Assembly (NCBI GenBank): GCA_035530855.1
Contig: DATKUA010000137.1
Location: 25,893-89,892 of the forward strand
Source of the DNA: Acidobacteriota bacterium
Lineage (GTDB): Bacteria; Acidobacteriota; DATKUA01
DNA: 64,000 nucleotides
Reading direction: 5' to 3'
Both the position numbers and the translations under genes were made by a program. This document shows, piece after piece, positions 28,286 through 38,418 of the stretch; position 1 is the stretch's first letter, and each line of letters opens with the position of its first letter. The notes below the pieces were generated by a model. It ran no database searches. It had not been told where the DNA came from and saw nothing but the letters and a program-made list of their open reading frames with translations.

Positions 28286-28822
28286 TCAGGATTTCTCCTC
28301 TTCCAAGTCAAACTCAGGTATTTGGAACCAGAAGCCGGTATCGGTGATGTTGTCGAGCTCCGCCTGGAGGATGTCGTAGTGGGCATTCTCCATTTCCATC
28401 AGCTTCTGAAATGTCTTGCGCGCGGCCGGATCGGTAGCTTTGGCGTACTGCTCGCGGTAGAGTTCCGCTGAGCGGCGCTCCTGCTCCATCGCCGCCCTGA
28501 TCGCGTCGACCTGGTCAACCCCGCGCTCGCCCTTGACCTTCACGTCACGCTCGCGCAGCTTGGGCATCACCTGCTCCACCAGCGATTCGCGGATCTCGAT
28601 CTCTTCCCAGCTTCCTGAGATCTCAAGCTTGCTCAAAGCTCGCTCGAGAATCTCGAAATGGTCCAACTCGTCGCGCGATAGCAGAATGAACATGTTCTTG
28701 CCCGTGACGTCCTTCGTCTTCAATGCAAAGCTGAGATAATTCTTGAGGCCGCGCTTTTCGGTTTCCATCGCCAGTTTCATCGCCGCGAGAATTTCGGCGT
28801 TTTTTCCCTTTCCTGCTGACAT
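28286..28822 (-). CDS. Rubrerythrin/ferritin-like diiron protein
   Basis: Two E-x-x-H helices (ELDHFEIL and EMENAHYDIL) with the upstream Glu residues. The AAGGAG SD lies 5 nt from the ATG. Confidence 0.7.
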   Translation of the reverse strand: MSAGKGKNAEILAAMKLAMETEKRGLKNYLSFALKTKDVTGKNMFILLSRDELDHFEILERALSKLEISGSWEEIEIRESLVEQVMPKLRERDVKVKGERGVDQVDAIRAAMEQERRSAELYREQYAKATDPAARKTFQKLMEMENAHYDILQAELDNITDTGFWFQIPEFDLEEEKS

Positions 28823-28916
28823 GCCTGCTCCTTTTCTGTATTTTTAGTCATACTAAATTAGCGCCCTGCCTAGGTCAATTGCCCCCGGCGCGCCAGGATT
28901 CAGAAAAAACTTGACA

Positions 28917-28928
28917 TGAGTGCACTCA
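28917..28928. promoter_or_regulatory. Perfect palindrome TGAGTGCACTCA overlapping the dnaK promoter (TTGACA at 28911); candidate HspR (HAIR-like) or CIRCE-like operator
   Basis: Seen in sequence. It lies 80 nt upstream of the dnaK ATG, between TTGACA and a TATTAT -10-like element, and is flanked by CTTGA...CTTAAG. Confidence 0.4.
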
Positions 28929-29007
28929 GATATTATCTTAAGAGTTGACTAAGATACAACCGGGGCACGGCGCCCCGAACGCAAGCAATAGCAGGAGGAA
29001 AGCGATA

Positions 29008-30930
<1,923 letters not shown>

Positions 30931-30935
30931 TTTTT

Positions 30936-31001
30936 CGACCGACCAGCGGTCGTTTGAGATAGATAGAGCAGGTCCGGGGCGTCCACAAAGGGACGCCCCG
31001 G
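30936..31001 (+). promoter_or_regulatory. Two stable hairpins in the 81-nt dnaK-dnaJ spacer
   Basis: CGACCG-accag-CGGTCG, then a perfect 11-bp stem CCGGGGCGTCC-acaaag-GGACGCCCCGG. No U-tract follows. This is a candidate attenuator or processing site that could set the dnaK:dnaJ stoichiometry. Confidence 0.45.
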
Positions 31002-31011
31002 GTGAACCGAA

Positions 31012-32118
31012 ATGGCTCAGGACTATTATAAGATCCTCGGCGTGCCCCGCAAAGCCGGTACGCGGGAAATCAAGGCCGCTTACCGCAAGCTGGCCCGCAA
31101 GTACCATCCCGACGTAAACCCGGGCGACGCCGGCGCGGAACAGCGCTTCAAGGAGATCAGTGAAGCCTACGATATCCTTGGCACACCTGAGAAGCGCAAG
31201 CGCTATGATCAGTTCGGCACCACCGACCCGAGCGCTTTCGCGGGCGCGGGAGGCGGCGGGGGATTCGATTTCAGCGGCTTCGATTTCGGCCATGCCGCCG
31301 GCGGTTTCGGTGACATCTTCAACGAGATCTTCGGCCGCAAAGGAAAGAGGCGCTCTCGGGAAGAGAAGCGCCGCGGCGACGACTTGCAGTACGTGATGGA
31401 CCTCAGCTTCCGCGACGCGCTGAAAGGGATCGAGACGGAGGTCACCGTGACGCGCCGGGACCAATGCAAGGGTTGCGGCGGCAGTGGCCGAATCCTCACC
31501 GGCGGCACCAAATCGTGCTCCGCCTGCGGCGGCAGCGGGCGGCGGGTAATGATGCAGGGCGCGATGAAGTTCGAAACCACATGCGATGTCTGCGGCGGAA
31601 GCGGCTTGCTCTCAGGCGAGGCCTGCCGCAGTTGCAACGGCTTGGGTTCCGTGCCCAGGCAGGAAAAGATCAAGGTCAGGATCCCTGCGGGTGTGGATAG
31701 CGGCTCACGGGTTCGTGTCGCCGGCAAAGGAAATGCCGGGACCTCCGGCGGCCCGCCAGGCGATCTCTACATCGTGATCAAAGTCCAGCCGCACAAGTTC
31801 TTCACGCGCAAGGGCAACAACATCTACGTCATCGTGCCGATCACTGTCAGCGAGGCAGCCCTGGGCACCAAGCTCGAGGTGCCGACGGTCGACGGAACCG
31901 CAACGATCCGCATCCCGCCGGCCACGCAGAGCGGCCAGAAATTCCGCATCCGCGAGCGCGGGGCGCGGGCTCTGCGCGGCGGCGGCTCGGGCGACCAGTT
32001 CGTCGAGGTAAGGATAGTCCTGCCGAAGGTGATTGACGAGGGGACGAAGGACCTATATCGTAAGCTCAAGGAGAGCGAGCGCTGGAATCCCCGTAAAGAG
32101 CTTTACAGCAATATTTAG
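31012..32118 (+). CDS. dnaJ: Co-chaperone DnaJ (Hsp40), type I
   Basis: J-domain with HPD (KYHPDVNPGD), a G/F-rich linker, and four CxxCxGxG zinc-finger repeats. Confidence 0.95.
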   Translation: MAQDYYKILGVPRKAGTREIKAAYRKLARKYHPDVNPGDAGAEQRFKEISEAYDILGTPEKRKRYDQFGTTDPSAFAGAGGGGGFDFSGFDFGHAAGGFGDIFNEIFGRKGKRRSREEKRRGDDLQYVMDLSFRDALKGIETEVTVTRRDQCKGCGGSGRILTGGTKSCSACGGSGRRVMMQGAMKFETTCDVCGGSGLLSGEACRSCNGLGSVPRQEKIKVRIPAGVDSGSRVRVAGKGNAGTSGGPPGDLYIVIKVQPHKFFTRKGNNIYVIVPITVSEAALGTKLEVPTVDGTATIRIPPATQSGQKFRIRERGARALRGGGSGDQFVEVRIVLPKVIDEGTKDLYRKLKESERWNPRKELYSNI

Positions 32119-32130
32119 ATTGGCCTGACC

Positions 32131-32511
32131 ATGACCGCTAGGAAAAGAGTCTATTACTCCATCGGCCAGGTTGCCGAGGCTTTCAGCATCCACCAGCAGA
32201 CGCTGCGTCAATACGAACGCCTCGGGCTCCTGAAGCCCACGCGCACCCAGGGCAACACGCGGCTCTACTGCGATAGGGACCTGGGGCGCCTGGAGGTGAT
32301 CCTCAACCTCACTCGCGAGCTGGGCGTCAACCTGGCTGGGGTGGAAATCATCCTCAACATGCGCGACAAGATGGAGGAGATGCAACGGCAGACCAACGAG
32401 TTGGTGCGCGCTCTGCAGCAGGCCGCGGAGCGCTACGGGATAGAGATCGAGGGCAGGAATGTCCAGAGCCTCGTTCGCGTCAACCGTTTCGCGTATCCGA
32501 TAAAGCGCTGA
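32131..32511 (+). CDS. hspR: MerR-family heat-shock repressor HspR
   Basis: MerR-type HTH (YSIGQVAEAFSIHQQTLRQYERLGLLKPTRTQGNTRLY). It sits immediately downstream of dnaJ, as in actinobacterial and Helicobacter-type hspR operons. Confidence 0.8.
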   Translation: MTARKRVYYSIGQVAEAFSIHQQTLRQYERLGLLKPTRTQGNTRLYCDRDLGRLEVILNLTRELGVNLAGVEIILNMRDKMEEMQRQTNELVRALQQAAERYGIEIEGRNVQSLVRVNRFAYPIKR

Positions 32512-32518
32512 CGCCAGC

Positions 32519-33370
32519 ATGGTTGATAAAAAGTTACCAAAGCTGACGGATGACTCGCTGAAGATCTATCTCAGCGAGATTTCCAAGATCCCCCAGATCA
32601 GCCCTGAAAAGGAAAAGGCGCTCGGCCGCCGGATCCACCAGGGCGATGAGCGAGCTTTGCGTGCGCTGGTCAAGGCCAATCTCCGCTTCGCCGTCGCGTT
32701 CGCCAAGAAGTACCGCAGCGGGCCTCTGAGTCTCATCGACCTGATCGAGGAGGCCAACCTCGGGCTGATCGAGGCCGCCAAACGCTTCGATCCCGAAAAG
32801 GGCGTGAAGTTCATCACCTACGCCGCCTGGTGGATTCGCCAGGCGATCATCCACGCGCTCGGCGAGCAGGGGCGCACCATCCGCCTGCCTCAGCGCCAGG
32901 CGAATCTGCTCTACCAGCTCGGTCGCAACTACAATATCCTCAAGGGGGTACTCAACCGCAATCCCACCTCGGAAGAGATCGCCGGCCGCATGGAGATCCC
33001 GGTGGAACAGGCCGAAGAACTGATGCGCTTCTTCCACGACGACGTCAGCCTAGACACCGCCATCGGCTCCGACTCCGACCTCGAGCTGAAGGATGTCATC
33101 GAGCAGCAGAGTGTGCCCCCGGCAGACCTCGAGCTAATCCGCAGGAGCTTCGAGGAGCAGATGCACGACGTCGTTGACCAGCTCGATCCCAAGGAGAGAA
33201 TCGTTATCCAGGAGCGCTTCGGCATGCTCGACAACGAGCCGAAGACTCTCAGGCGCATCGGCGAGATGCTGGGCGTGACGCGCGAGCGCGTGCGGCAGAT
33301 CGAGCAAAAAGCGATCAACAAACTGCGCCGCAACGTGAAGGTCCGCAGGCTGAGGACCTACCTCAATTAA
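32519..33370 (+). CDS. Sigma-70 family RNA polymerase sigma factor (RpoD/RpoS-like regions 1.2-4; not FliA-like)
   Basis: Region 2 (DLIEEANLGLIEAAKRFDPEKGVKFITYAAWWIRQAI), region 3 and region 4.2 (LRRIGEMLGVTRERVRQIEQKAINKLR). There is no RpoH box. Confidence 0.8.
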   Translation: MVDKKLPKLTDDSLKIYLSEISKIPQISPEKEKALGRRIHQGDERALRALVKANLRFAVAFAKKYRSGPLSLIDLIEEANLGLIEAAKRFDPEKGVKFITYAAWWIRQAIIHALGEQGRTIRLPQRQANLLYQLGRNYNILKGVLNRNPTSEEIAGRMEIPVEQAEELMRFFHDDVSLDTAIGSDSDLELKDVIEQQSVPPADLELIRRSFEEQMHDVVDQLDPKERIVIQERFGMLDNEPKTLRRIGEMLGVTRERVRQIEQKAINKLRRNVKVRRLRTYLN

Positions 33371-33404
33371 GCAGCCGGCCCGGCAAGAATCAGAGGGATT
33401 GGGG

Positions 33405-34274
33405 ATGGCAAGGGAAAGCAAGAAAAGCGGAGCGACACTCAGAGACGAGGGCGCCTGTGCGCTCTGCGGCGGCGGCGGCTGGATAGTCGAGGAGCGGGGG
33501 GGCCGCGAGGTGGCCCGGCGATGCAGCTGCTTTTACGAGGGGAGAGGCGGAAGGCTGATCCATTCGGCCAAGATCCCAGCGCGATACATTGAGAAAAGTC
33601 TCGACAATTTCGAAAGCCACAGCCCAACCCTGAAGGCTGCGAAGAGGATTGCCGCCGAGTTTGTAGAATCATTCCCCGGTGGCGATAAGGGACTGCTGTT
33701 CGTCGGTCCGCCGGGAACCGGCAAAACTCACCTGGCGGTTGCTGTGCTGACGGCCTCCGTAATAAAAAGCGGGATTAGTGGATTGTTCTGCGACTACCGC
33801 GAGCTGATCCGCTCGATTCAGGATTCATATAATCCGAACACGGAAGCAACCGAGATGTCGATCATCGGGCCGATCCTCGAGACCCAACTGCTGTTGATGG
33901 ACGAGCTTGGTGCGCTGCGTCCGACACAATGGATCCATGACACAATCACCTACATCATTAACAATCGTTACAGCAACGAAAAGCTTACGATCTTTACTTC
34001 AAACCACCCCGTGGAGCACCGCGGCGCCGAGCAGGCGCAGGTGGAGCAGATCGATTCCCTGGTCGAGCAACTCGCCGACCTGAAGGAAACGCTCTCGCCG
34101 AAGGAATACATGAAGCGCAAAAGGGCTCTGCTCGATTCCAATCTCATCAGTGCCGAACGTGCAACTCCGCTCAACGTTCGCATCGGCGAGCGGTTGATGA
34201 GCCGTCTTTACGAGATGTGCCGCTTCGTACCGCTTGACGGCGTGCCCGACTACCGCAAGCGGCATTTACGCTGA
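33405..34274 (+). CDS. DnaC/DnaI/IstB-like AAA+ ATPase with an N-terminal Cys-rich zinc ribbon
   Basis: N-terminal CALCGGGGW...RRCSC, an SLDNFE motif, Walker A GPPGTGKTHLA, Walker B LLLMDELG, sensor TSN and a C-terminal coiled coil. The ATG at 33405 follows a GAGGGA SD. Confidence 0.65.
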   Translation: MARESKKSGATLRDEGACALCGGGGWIVEERGGREVARRCSCFYEGRGGRLIHSAKIPARYIEKSLDNFESHSPTLKAAKRIAAEFVESFPGGDKGLLFVGPPGTGKTHLAVAVLTASVIKSGISGLFCDYRELIRSIQDSYNPNTEATEMSIIGPILETQLLLMDELGALRPTQWIHDTITYIINNRYSNEKLTIFTSNHPVEHRGAEQAQVEQIDSLVEQLADLKETLSPKEYMKRKRALLDSNLISAERATPLNVRIGERLMSRLYEMCRFVPLDGVPDYRKRHLR

Positions 34275-34295
34275 ACCCCAACTTTTCTTTAAGTA

Positions 34296-34332
34296 CAGAA
34301 AAAGGCGCGCCGTAACAGCGCGCCTTCACATT
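34296..34332. terminator. Bidirectional intrinsic terminator between the convergent DnaC-like and cytochrome genes
   Basis: A perfect 9-bp stem AAGGCGCGC-cgtaaca-GCGCGCCTT, with an A-run on the 5' side and T-rich sequence on the 3' side. Confidence 0.55.
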
Positions 34333-34379
34333 GCAATGCGAACTTTCTAAGTCCTTAGATCACTACCCAGCTGAATCCA

Positions 34380-35222
34380 TTAATTCTGAGTGTGCTGGCC
34401 AAAGATCTTCGGCACAACGTAGCGACCCCACTTCTTGGTCACGCGGCTGTGGCAGGCAGTCACGGCGCCAATCTTGCCGTTGCAGGAGAAAGGCAGGTTT
34501 TCCACAACCTTCATGTTATGGTAACGCTCAACCAATCCTCCGCTGGTAGTCTGATAGCCGGCCATGTGGCAATCGATGCAGCGGATCGCGTCGGACTCGT
34601 AAAGAGCCGTTTTCACCTTGCTGGAGAATCCGTGGAATTTACCTTTACCATGGCAGTAAAGGCACTGATTGTTAGCGGCCTTGACGTCCTCGGCGTGGCG
34701 CGGAATGTAGCTTTCTTTCTCCTCCAGGTCGGAACCGGGGATAAGGTTGGTGTAGCGAGTGCCGTACTGTGCGGCGATCGAATGGGTTGTGTGGCAACCC
34801 GCGCAGCTCATTCCATGCCATTTGCCCGCTTTAACCGGCTTGGCCTTATTGTTGTCGAACGAAGCTGTCTCGAGCGTCGGCTGATGACACCAGGCACAGT
34901 AAGTGTTGTTGTTGGTCGGAGCTGTGACAGATACAGCATGCTTGCTGTCGAGCCAGCCCTTGCCCGTGGTTGCTTCAGTTGCCGGCGCGTGCGCTCCACC
35001 AGTCGGCTCGGGAATCCCGATTACACGGTACAGGTGATAGCCGTCCGCCTGATGGGCGCAGTTAAGGCAACTCTCCGGGCTCTCAGCTTCCGGCAACAGG
35101 TAGTCGTAATTCTCCGGCGTGTACGGACCGATGATGGTCTCCCCCTCCTCGGCCAGCGTGACAGTGAGCATCACCATGGTCGCGAGGGCGAAGAACCCCA
35201 AGCTGAAGATTAGTTTTTTCAT
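34380..35222 (-). CDS. Pentaheme c-type cytochrome, exported
   Basis: Signal peptide and five CxxCH motifs (CLNCAH, CAWCH, CAGCH, CLYCH, CIDCH). The GGAGG SD lies 4 nt from the ATG. Confidence 0.85.
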   Translation of the reverse strand: MKKLIFSLGFFALATMVMLTVTLAEEGETIIGPYTPENYDYLLPEAESPESCLNCAHQADGYHLYRVIGIPEPTGGAHAPATEATTGKGWLDSKHAVSVTAPTNNNTYCAWCHQPTLETASFDNNKAKPVKAGKWHGMSCAGCHTTHSIAAQYGTRYTNLIPGSDLEEKESYIPRHAEDVKAANNQCLYCHGKGKFHGFSSKVKTALYESDAIRCIDCHMAGYQTTSGGLVERYHNMKVVENLPFSCNGKIGAVTACHSRVTKKWGRYVVPKIFGQHTQN

Positions 35223-35543
35223 GACGCCTCCACATGTGAAAACATTGATCGTTCTAATTTACTGGAACGGTTCGACCCCTTCGAAGATCACCTCCTGCGC
35301 CTCAGCGGGCAGCCCATATGATCGACTCATAGTGTCTGATTCCTTTGCACCACGGCATAAAGAATCATCCGGGTCGTCACTCAGTTCCTGCCATAGGTAA
35401 TAGTATCGCCATTCTAAAAGCAATTCAAGCTTCTAATGCGGGAAATTGCACTTTAATTTTTTATGTATCGCCACCTTATCCTCAATATTCCGTTCCGGCG
35501 CGGAATGGCGGCCAATCAGACCTGAAGAGTCCGCAACTTTATC

Positions 35544-35576
35544 TTTGTTGAACAAAGCCGCGCGGGCAGTTACAAT
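35544..35576 (+). promoter_or_regulatory. Candidate promoter TTGAAC-N17-TACAAT for the OPT transporter, with the -35 embedded in the near-palindrome CTTTGTTGAACAAAG
   Basis: Seen in sequence 45-80 nt upstream of the ATG at 35622. It lies in an unusually long (399 bp) divergent intergenic region. Confidence 0.4.
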
Positions 35577-35621
35577 TCGACTTCAATCGGGAAGTGTTAA
35601 TACACAATCAGGGGGCTATAT

Positions 35622-37733
35622 ATGGCTGTTACCAGTGATCAGGAAGGGTTGGGAAAGACCTACGAGTACAAGCCGTACGTGCCCGAGGAGACCGACTTGA
35701 AGGAGTTGACCTTCAAGGCGCTCTTCATCGGCGTGATCATGGCGATTATTCTCGGTTCCGCCAACGCCTACCTAGGATTGAAGGCCGGCATCACGGTGGC
35801 CGCGACGTTCCCCGCAGCAGTTGTCGGCATGGCGGCGCTGCGCCTGTTCGGGGGCACGATCCTCGAAGAGAATGTCTCTCGAACCACCGGTGCGGTCGGC
35901 GAAGCGCTCGCTGCAGGAGCGATCTTTACCATCCCCGCTTTCGTCATCGCAGGAGTTTGGGAACAGATCAGATACGTCGAAGCAACGATCCTGATGCTTG
36001 TGGGCGGTGTGCTGGGAGCGATGTTTGTCATCCTGCTGCGCCGCATCCTTGTGGAGGAGTCGGGCCTGCCGTTCCCAGAGTCGGTGGCGGCAGCCGAGAT
36101 TCACAAAGCGGGCCAGGGAGGTGGCACCGGCGCCGGATACGTGTTCGGCGCGATGGGCCTCTCGGCGCTGATCGAGCTCTTCAAGAACAGCAAGGGCCTC
36201 CTGGCATTTGCCAACTACCAAGCGTTCGCCACCCTGGCGAGTGAGAAGGGCAGGTTGGCGCTCTATCCCGATCCGCAAACCGGGCGCGGCGCGGCGGAAG
36301 TGACGATCGGCGGCGGCTGGCTGTTCGAATCTCCCGCGGCAAGCCCGGCGCTCTGGGGTGTCGGCTATATCATCGGCCCGCGCCTGGCGTCGATCGCCTT
36401 CAGCGGCGGCCTGCTCGGCTGGGCTCTGTTCGTCCCGCTGGTGATGATGTTCGCGCCTGACCTGCTTTCGGCCATCGGCAAGCCCGAAGTGCTCGCCGGA
36501 GCGATGAGCTCGACTGACGGAAACCAGATCCTCTATCTCGCAACGGGCATCTGGACTTTCGTCGTCAGACCTTTCGCAGTCGGCGCGATGCTTGTCGGCG
36601 CGGCATATACGCTCTGGAACATGCGCAAACAGCTGATCACCGGCATCGGCCGCGCGGTCACCGACCTGTTCAAATCCGGCGGCCAGAAAGAGAAGCTGAC
36701 CCGCACCCAGACCGACCTGCCTTTCGGAGTGATCTTCGGCGTCATCGGCATCCTGGTCATCCTGATGGCGGTCATCTACTACTTCTTCAGCCAGGACATC
36801 ATCGCCGCAATCACAGCCGCAATCGTGATGACGGTCGCAGGATTCTTCTTCGCTGCGGTTGCGGGCTACCTCGTCGGCCTGATCGGCAGTTCGAACAACC
36901 CGATCTCCGGCTTGACGTTAAGTACGCTGATCCTGGCGGCGGTGCTGCTGGTCGCCCTCGGCGTGCCTGAGCGCCTGGCGCAGGCTTATCCCGAGATGGG
37001 CACGTTCTTCGCCATCGCGGCTGTGCTGGGGGTCGCGTCGGTCATCTGCTGCGCATGCGGTGTGGCTGGCGATATGCTGCAGGACCTCAAGGTGGGTCAC
37101 ATCCTCGGCGGCACCCCTTGGCGCATGGAGATCGGCAAATTGACCGGCGTCTTCTTCGCGGCTCTGGTGATGGCTGTTCCGCTCATCTTGCTCCATGAGG
37201 CCTACGCCGACACCGGAGGCATCGGCGGCACCGACCTGCCTGCACCGCAGGCGGGGCTGATGGCCATGCTCAGCAAGGGTATCATCGGCGGCGATATGAA
37301 CTGGCCGCTGGTGATTCTCGGCATGGTCTTCTCCATCGGCCTGGTCCTGATCAAGAGCCCGAGCCCGATGCTGATCGCTATCGGCATGTATCTGCCGTTG
37401 CATACCACCTTCGCGATCTTCGTCGGCGGCCTGATCCGCTTCGTGCTCGACAGGACCGTCAACAGACGTAAGGTAGAAGGCGACCACAAGACGAGGCTTG
37501 AAAATGTCGGCATTCTGCTGGCAAGTGGCTTGATCGCCGGTGAGGCGTTAATGGCCATCGCGCTTGCGGGCTTCAACTTCGTCGAGGGCTTCAGCCTGCC
37601 GAAACTAGTGGCTGATCCGCAGGCATGGCCGGGAATCATCCCGCTGGCGTTAATCGCCATCATCCTGATCTGGCTGCCTCTGAGGAGCGTCAACCGTGAC
37701 TCTGGGTCGACGAAAGAAGAAACCGGCGCGTAA
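35622..37733 (+). CDS. OPT-family oligopeptide transporter
   Basis: A 703-aa polytopic membrane protein with the OPT-family N-terminal block (LTFKALFIGVIMAIILGSANAYLGLKAGITVAATFPAAV). Confidence 0.85.
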   Translation: MAVTSDQEGLGKTYEYKPYVPEETDLKELTFKALFIGVIMAIILGSANAYLGLKAGITVAATFPAAVVGMAALRLFGGTILEENVSRTTGAVGEALAAGAIFTIPAFVIAGVWEQIRYVEATILMLVGGVLGAMFVILLRRILVEESGLPFPESVAAAEIHKAGQGGGTGAGYVFGAMGLSALIELFKNSKGLLAFANYQAFATLASEKGRLALYPDPQTGRGAAEVTIGGGWLFESPAASPALWGVGYIIGPRLASIAFSGGLLGWALFVPLVMMFAPDLLSAIGKPEVLAGAMSSTDGNQILYLATGIWTFVVRPFAVGAMLVGAAYTLWNMRKQLITGIGRAVTDLFKSGGQKEKLTRTQTDLPFGVIFGVIGILVILMAVIYYFFSQDIIAAITAAIVMTVAGFFFAAVAGYLVGLIGSSNNPISGLTLSTLILAAVLLVALGVPERLAQAYPEMGTFFAIAAVLGVASVICCACGVAGDMLQDLKVGHILGGTPWRMEIGKLTGVFFAALVMAVPLILLHEAYADTGGIGGTDLPAPQAGLMAMLSKGIIGGDMNWPLVILGMVFSIGLVLIKSPSPMLIAIGMYLPLHTTFAIFVGGLIRFVLDRTVNRRKVEGDHKTRLENVGILLASGLIAGEALMAIALAGFNFVEGFSLPKLVADPQAWPGIIPLALIAIILIWLPLRSVNRDSGSTKEETGA

Positions 37734-37806
37734 CATCGCCTTTTGCGTCCCACGAGCTTGCGTGGGACACGAGGCGGATGACGAACCGGAAACCGTAAGG
37801 CTGCTG

Positions 37807-38085
37807 GTGCCCCGCTTCCGTGCCTCGTGGATGCAGTGGCTGCAGAAGCGCCTGCGCAAGCCTCACATCAAGGTCAAGCTCGACGAGATCGGCTCCGCCG
37901 TCTGGCAGCTGATCGACGGGAGGCGCACGGTGGTTGAGATCGGCGAAGAGCTCGAGCAGCGGTTCGGCGAGAAGATCCAGCCGACCAACGAACGGTTGGG
38001 ATTCTATTTCAGCACGCTGCGCCGCAACAATTTCGTCGAACTCGAGGAGACCGGCGTCCCGCCGGAGCCGATCAAGGCCGGGTAA
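37807..38085 (+). CDS. PqqD-family protein (RiPP recognition element-type small peptide chaperone); start uncertain (GTG 37807 or 37762, ATG 37831)
   Basis: KVKLDEIGSAVWQLIDGRRTVVEIGEELEQRFGE...ERLGFYFSTLRRNNFVEL matches the PqqD consensus (LNxtgaxiWxLxDGxrTvxEIvxxLxxxY). No pqqA/B/C/E genes are nearby. Confidence 0.6.
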   Translation: MPRFRASWMQWLQKRLRKPHIKVKLDEIGSAVWQLIDGRRTVVEIGEELEQRFGEKIQPTNERLGFYFSTLRRNNFVELEETGVPPEPIKAG

Positions 38086-38106
38086 GAAGCCAGCAAAGGA
38101 AACAAG

Positions 38107-38144
38107 ACGGCCGCGGCTGATTAATCAGTCGCGGCCGTTTTCTC
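38107..38144 (+). terminator. Rho-independent terminator after the PqqD-like gene
   Basis: A 16-bp imperfect palindrome ACGGCCGCGGCTGATT/AATCAGTCGCGGCCGT followed by TTTTCT. Confidence 0.55.
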
Positions 38145-38188
38145 ATCATCATAATTCCTCTGCGAAGCAAAAAGGTCAGCTGTCCTTA

Positions 38189-38353
38189 TTACTCGTCTTC
38201 AAGTCCCTCGATTTCCCTGCGCAGTTCTTCCTTCTCGCGCTTGCGGTCGTAGCCCTTTTCACCTTTGGGGGTGCTGTGGGGATGTTGCACGGGGTTGCGG
38301 TCCCACGTCTGCCGCGGTTTGCTGGGTTTCTTCGGCTGTTTCTTTCCGGACAT
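38189..38353 (-). CDS. Possible 54-aa small basic protein (MSGKKQPKKPSKPRQTWDRNPVQHPHSTPKGEKGYDRKREKEELRREIEGLEDE)
   Basis: An ORF convergent with the PqqD-like gene, with a weak SD. The coding status is uncertain. Confidence 0.3.
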   Translation of the reverse strand: MSGKKQPKKPSKPRQTWDRNPVQHPHSTPKGEKGYDRKREKEELRREIEGLEDE

Positions 38354-38418
38354 TTTTCGATAATCCCACGCCGAGATACATTCAGGTAAGTGCAATACGC
38401 ACCCGCTTAATTCACCGA

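Noticed and set aside
28899-28950. Exact HAIR (CTTGAGT-N7-ACTCAAG) or CIRCE (TTAGCACTC-N9-GAGTGCTAA) consensus upstream of dnaK
   Set aside because: Neither consensus is present intact. Only the shorter TGAGTGCACTCA dyad is reported.
32519-33370. Possibility that the sigma factor is FliA (given the sigma-28 promoters in the window) or RpoH (next to dnaK)
   Set aside because: The protein has an RpoD/RpoS-type region 2 (YAAWWIRQAI...RTIRLP) and region 3. It lacks the RpoH box and is longer than FliA with a different 2.4/4.2. It is called only as a sigma-70 family member.
34392-35213. 273-aa plus-strand ORF
   Set aside because: The opposite strand carries five CxxCH heme motifs plus a signal peptide and SD. 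The plus frame has no features and is antisense to the cytochrome.
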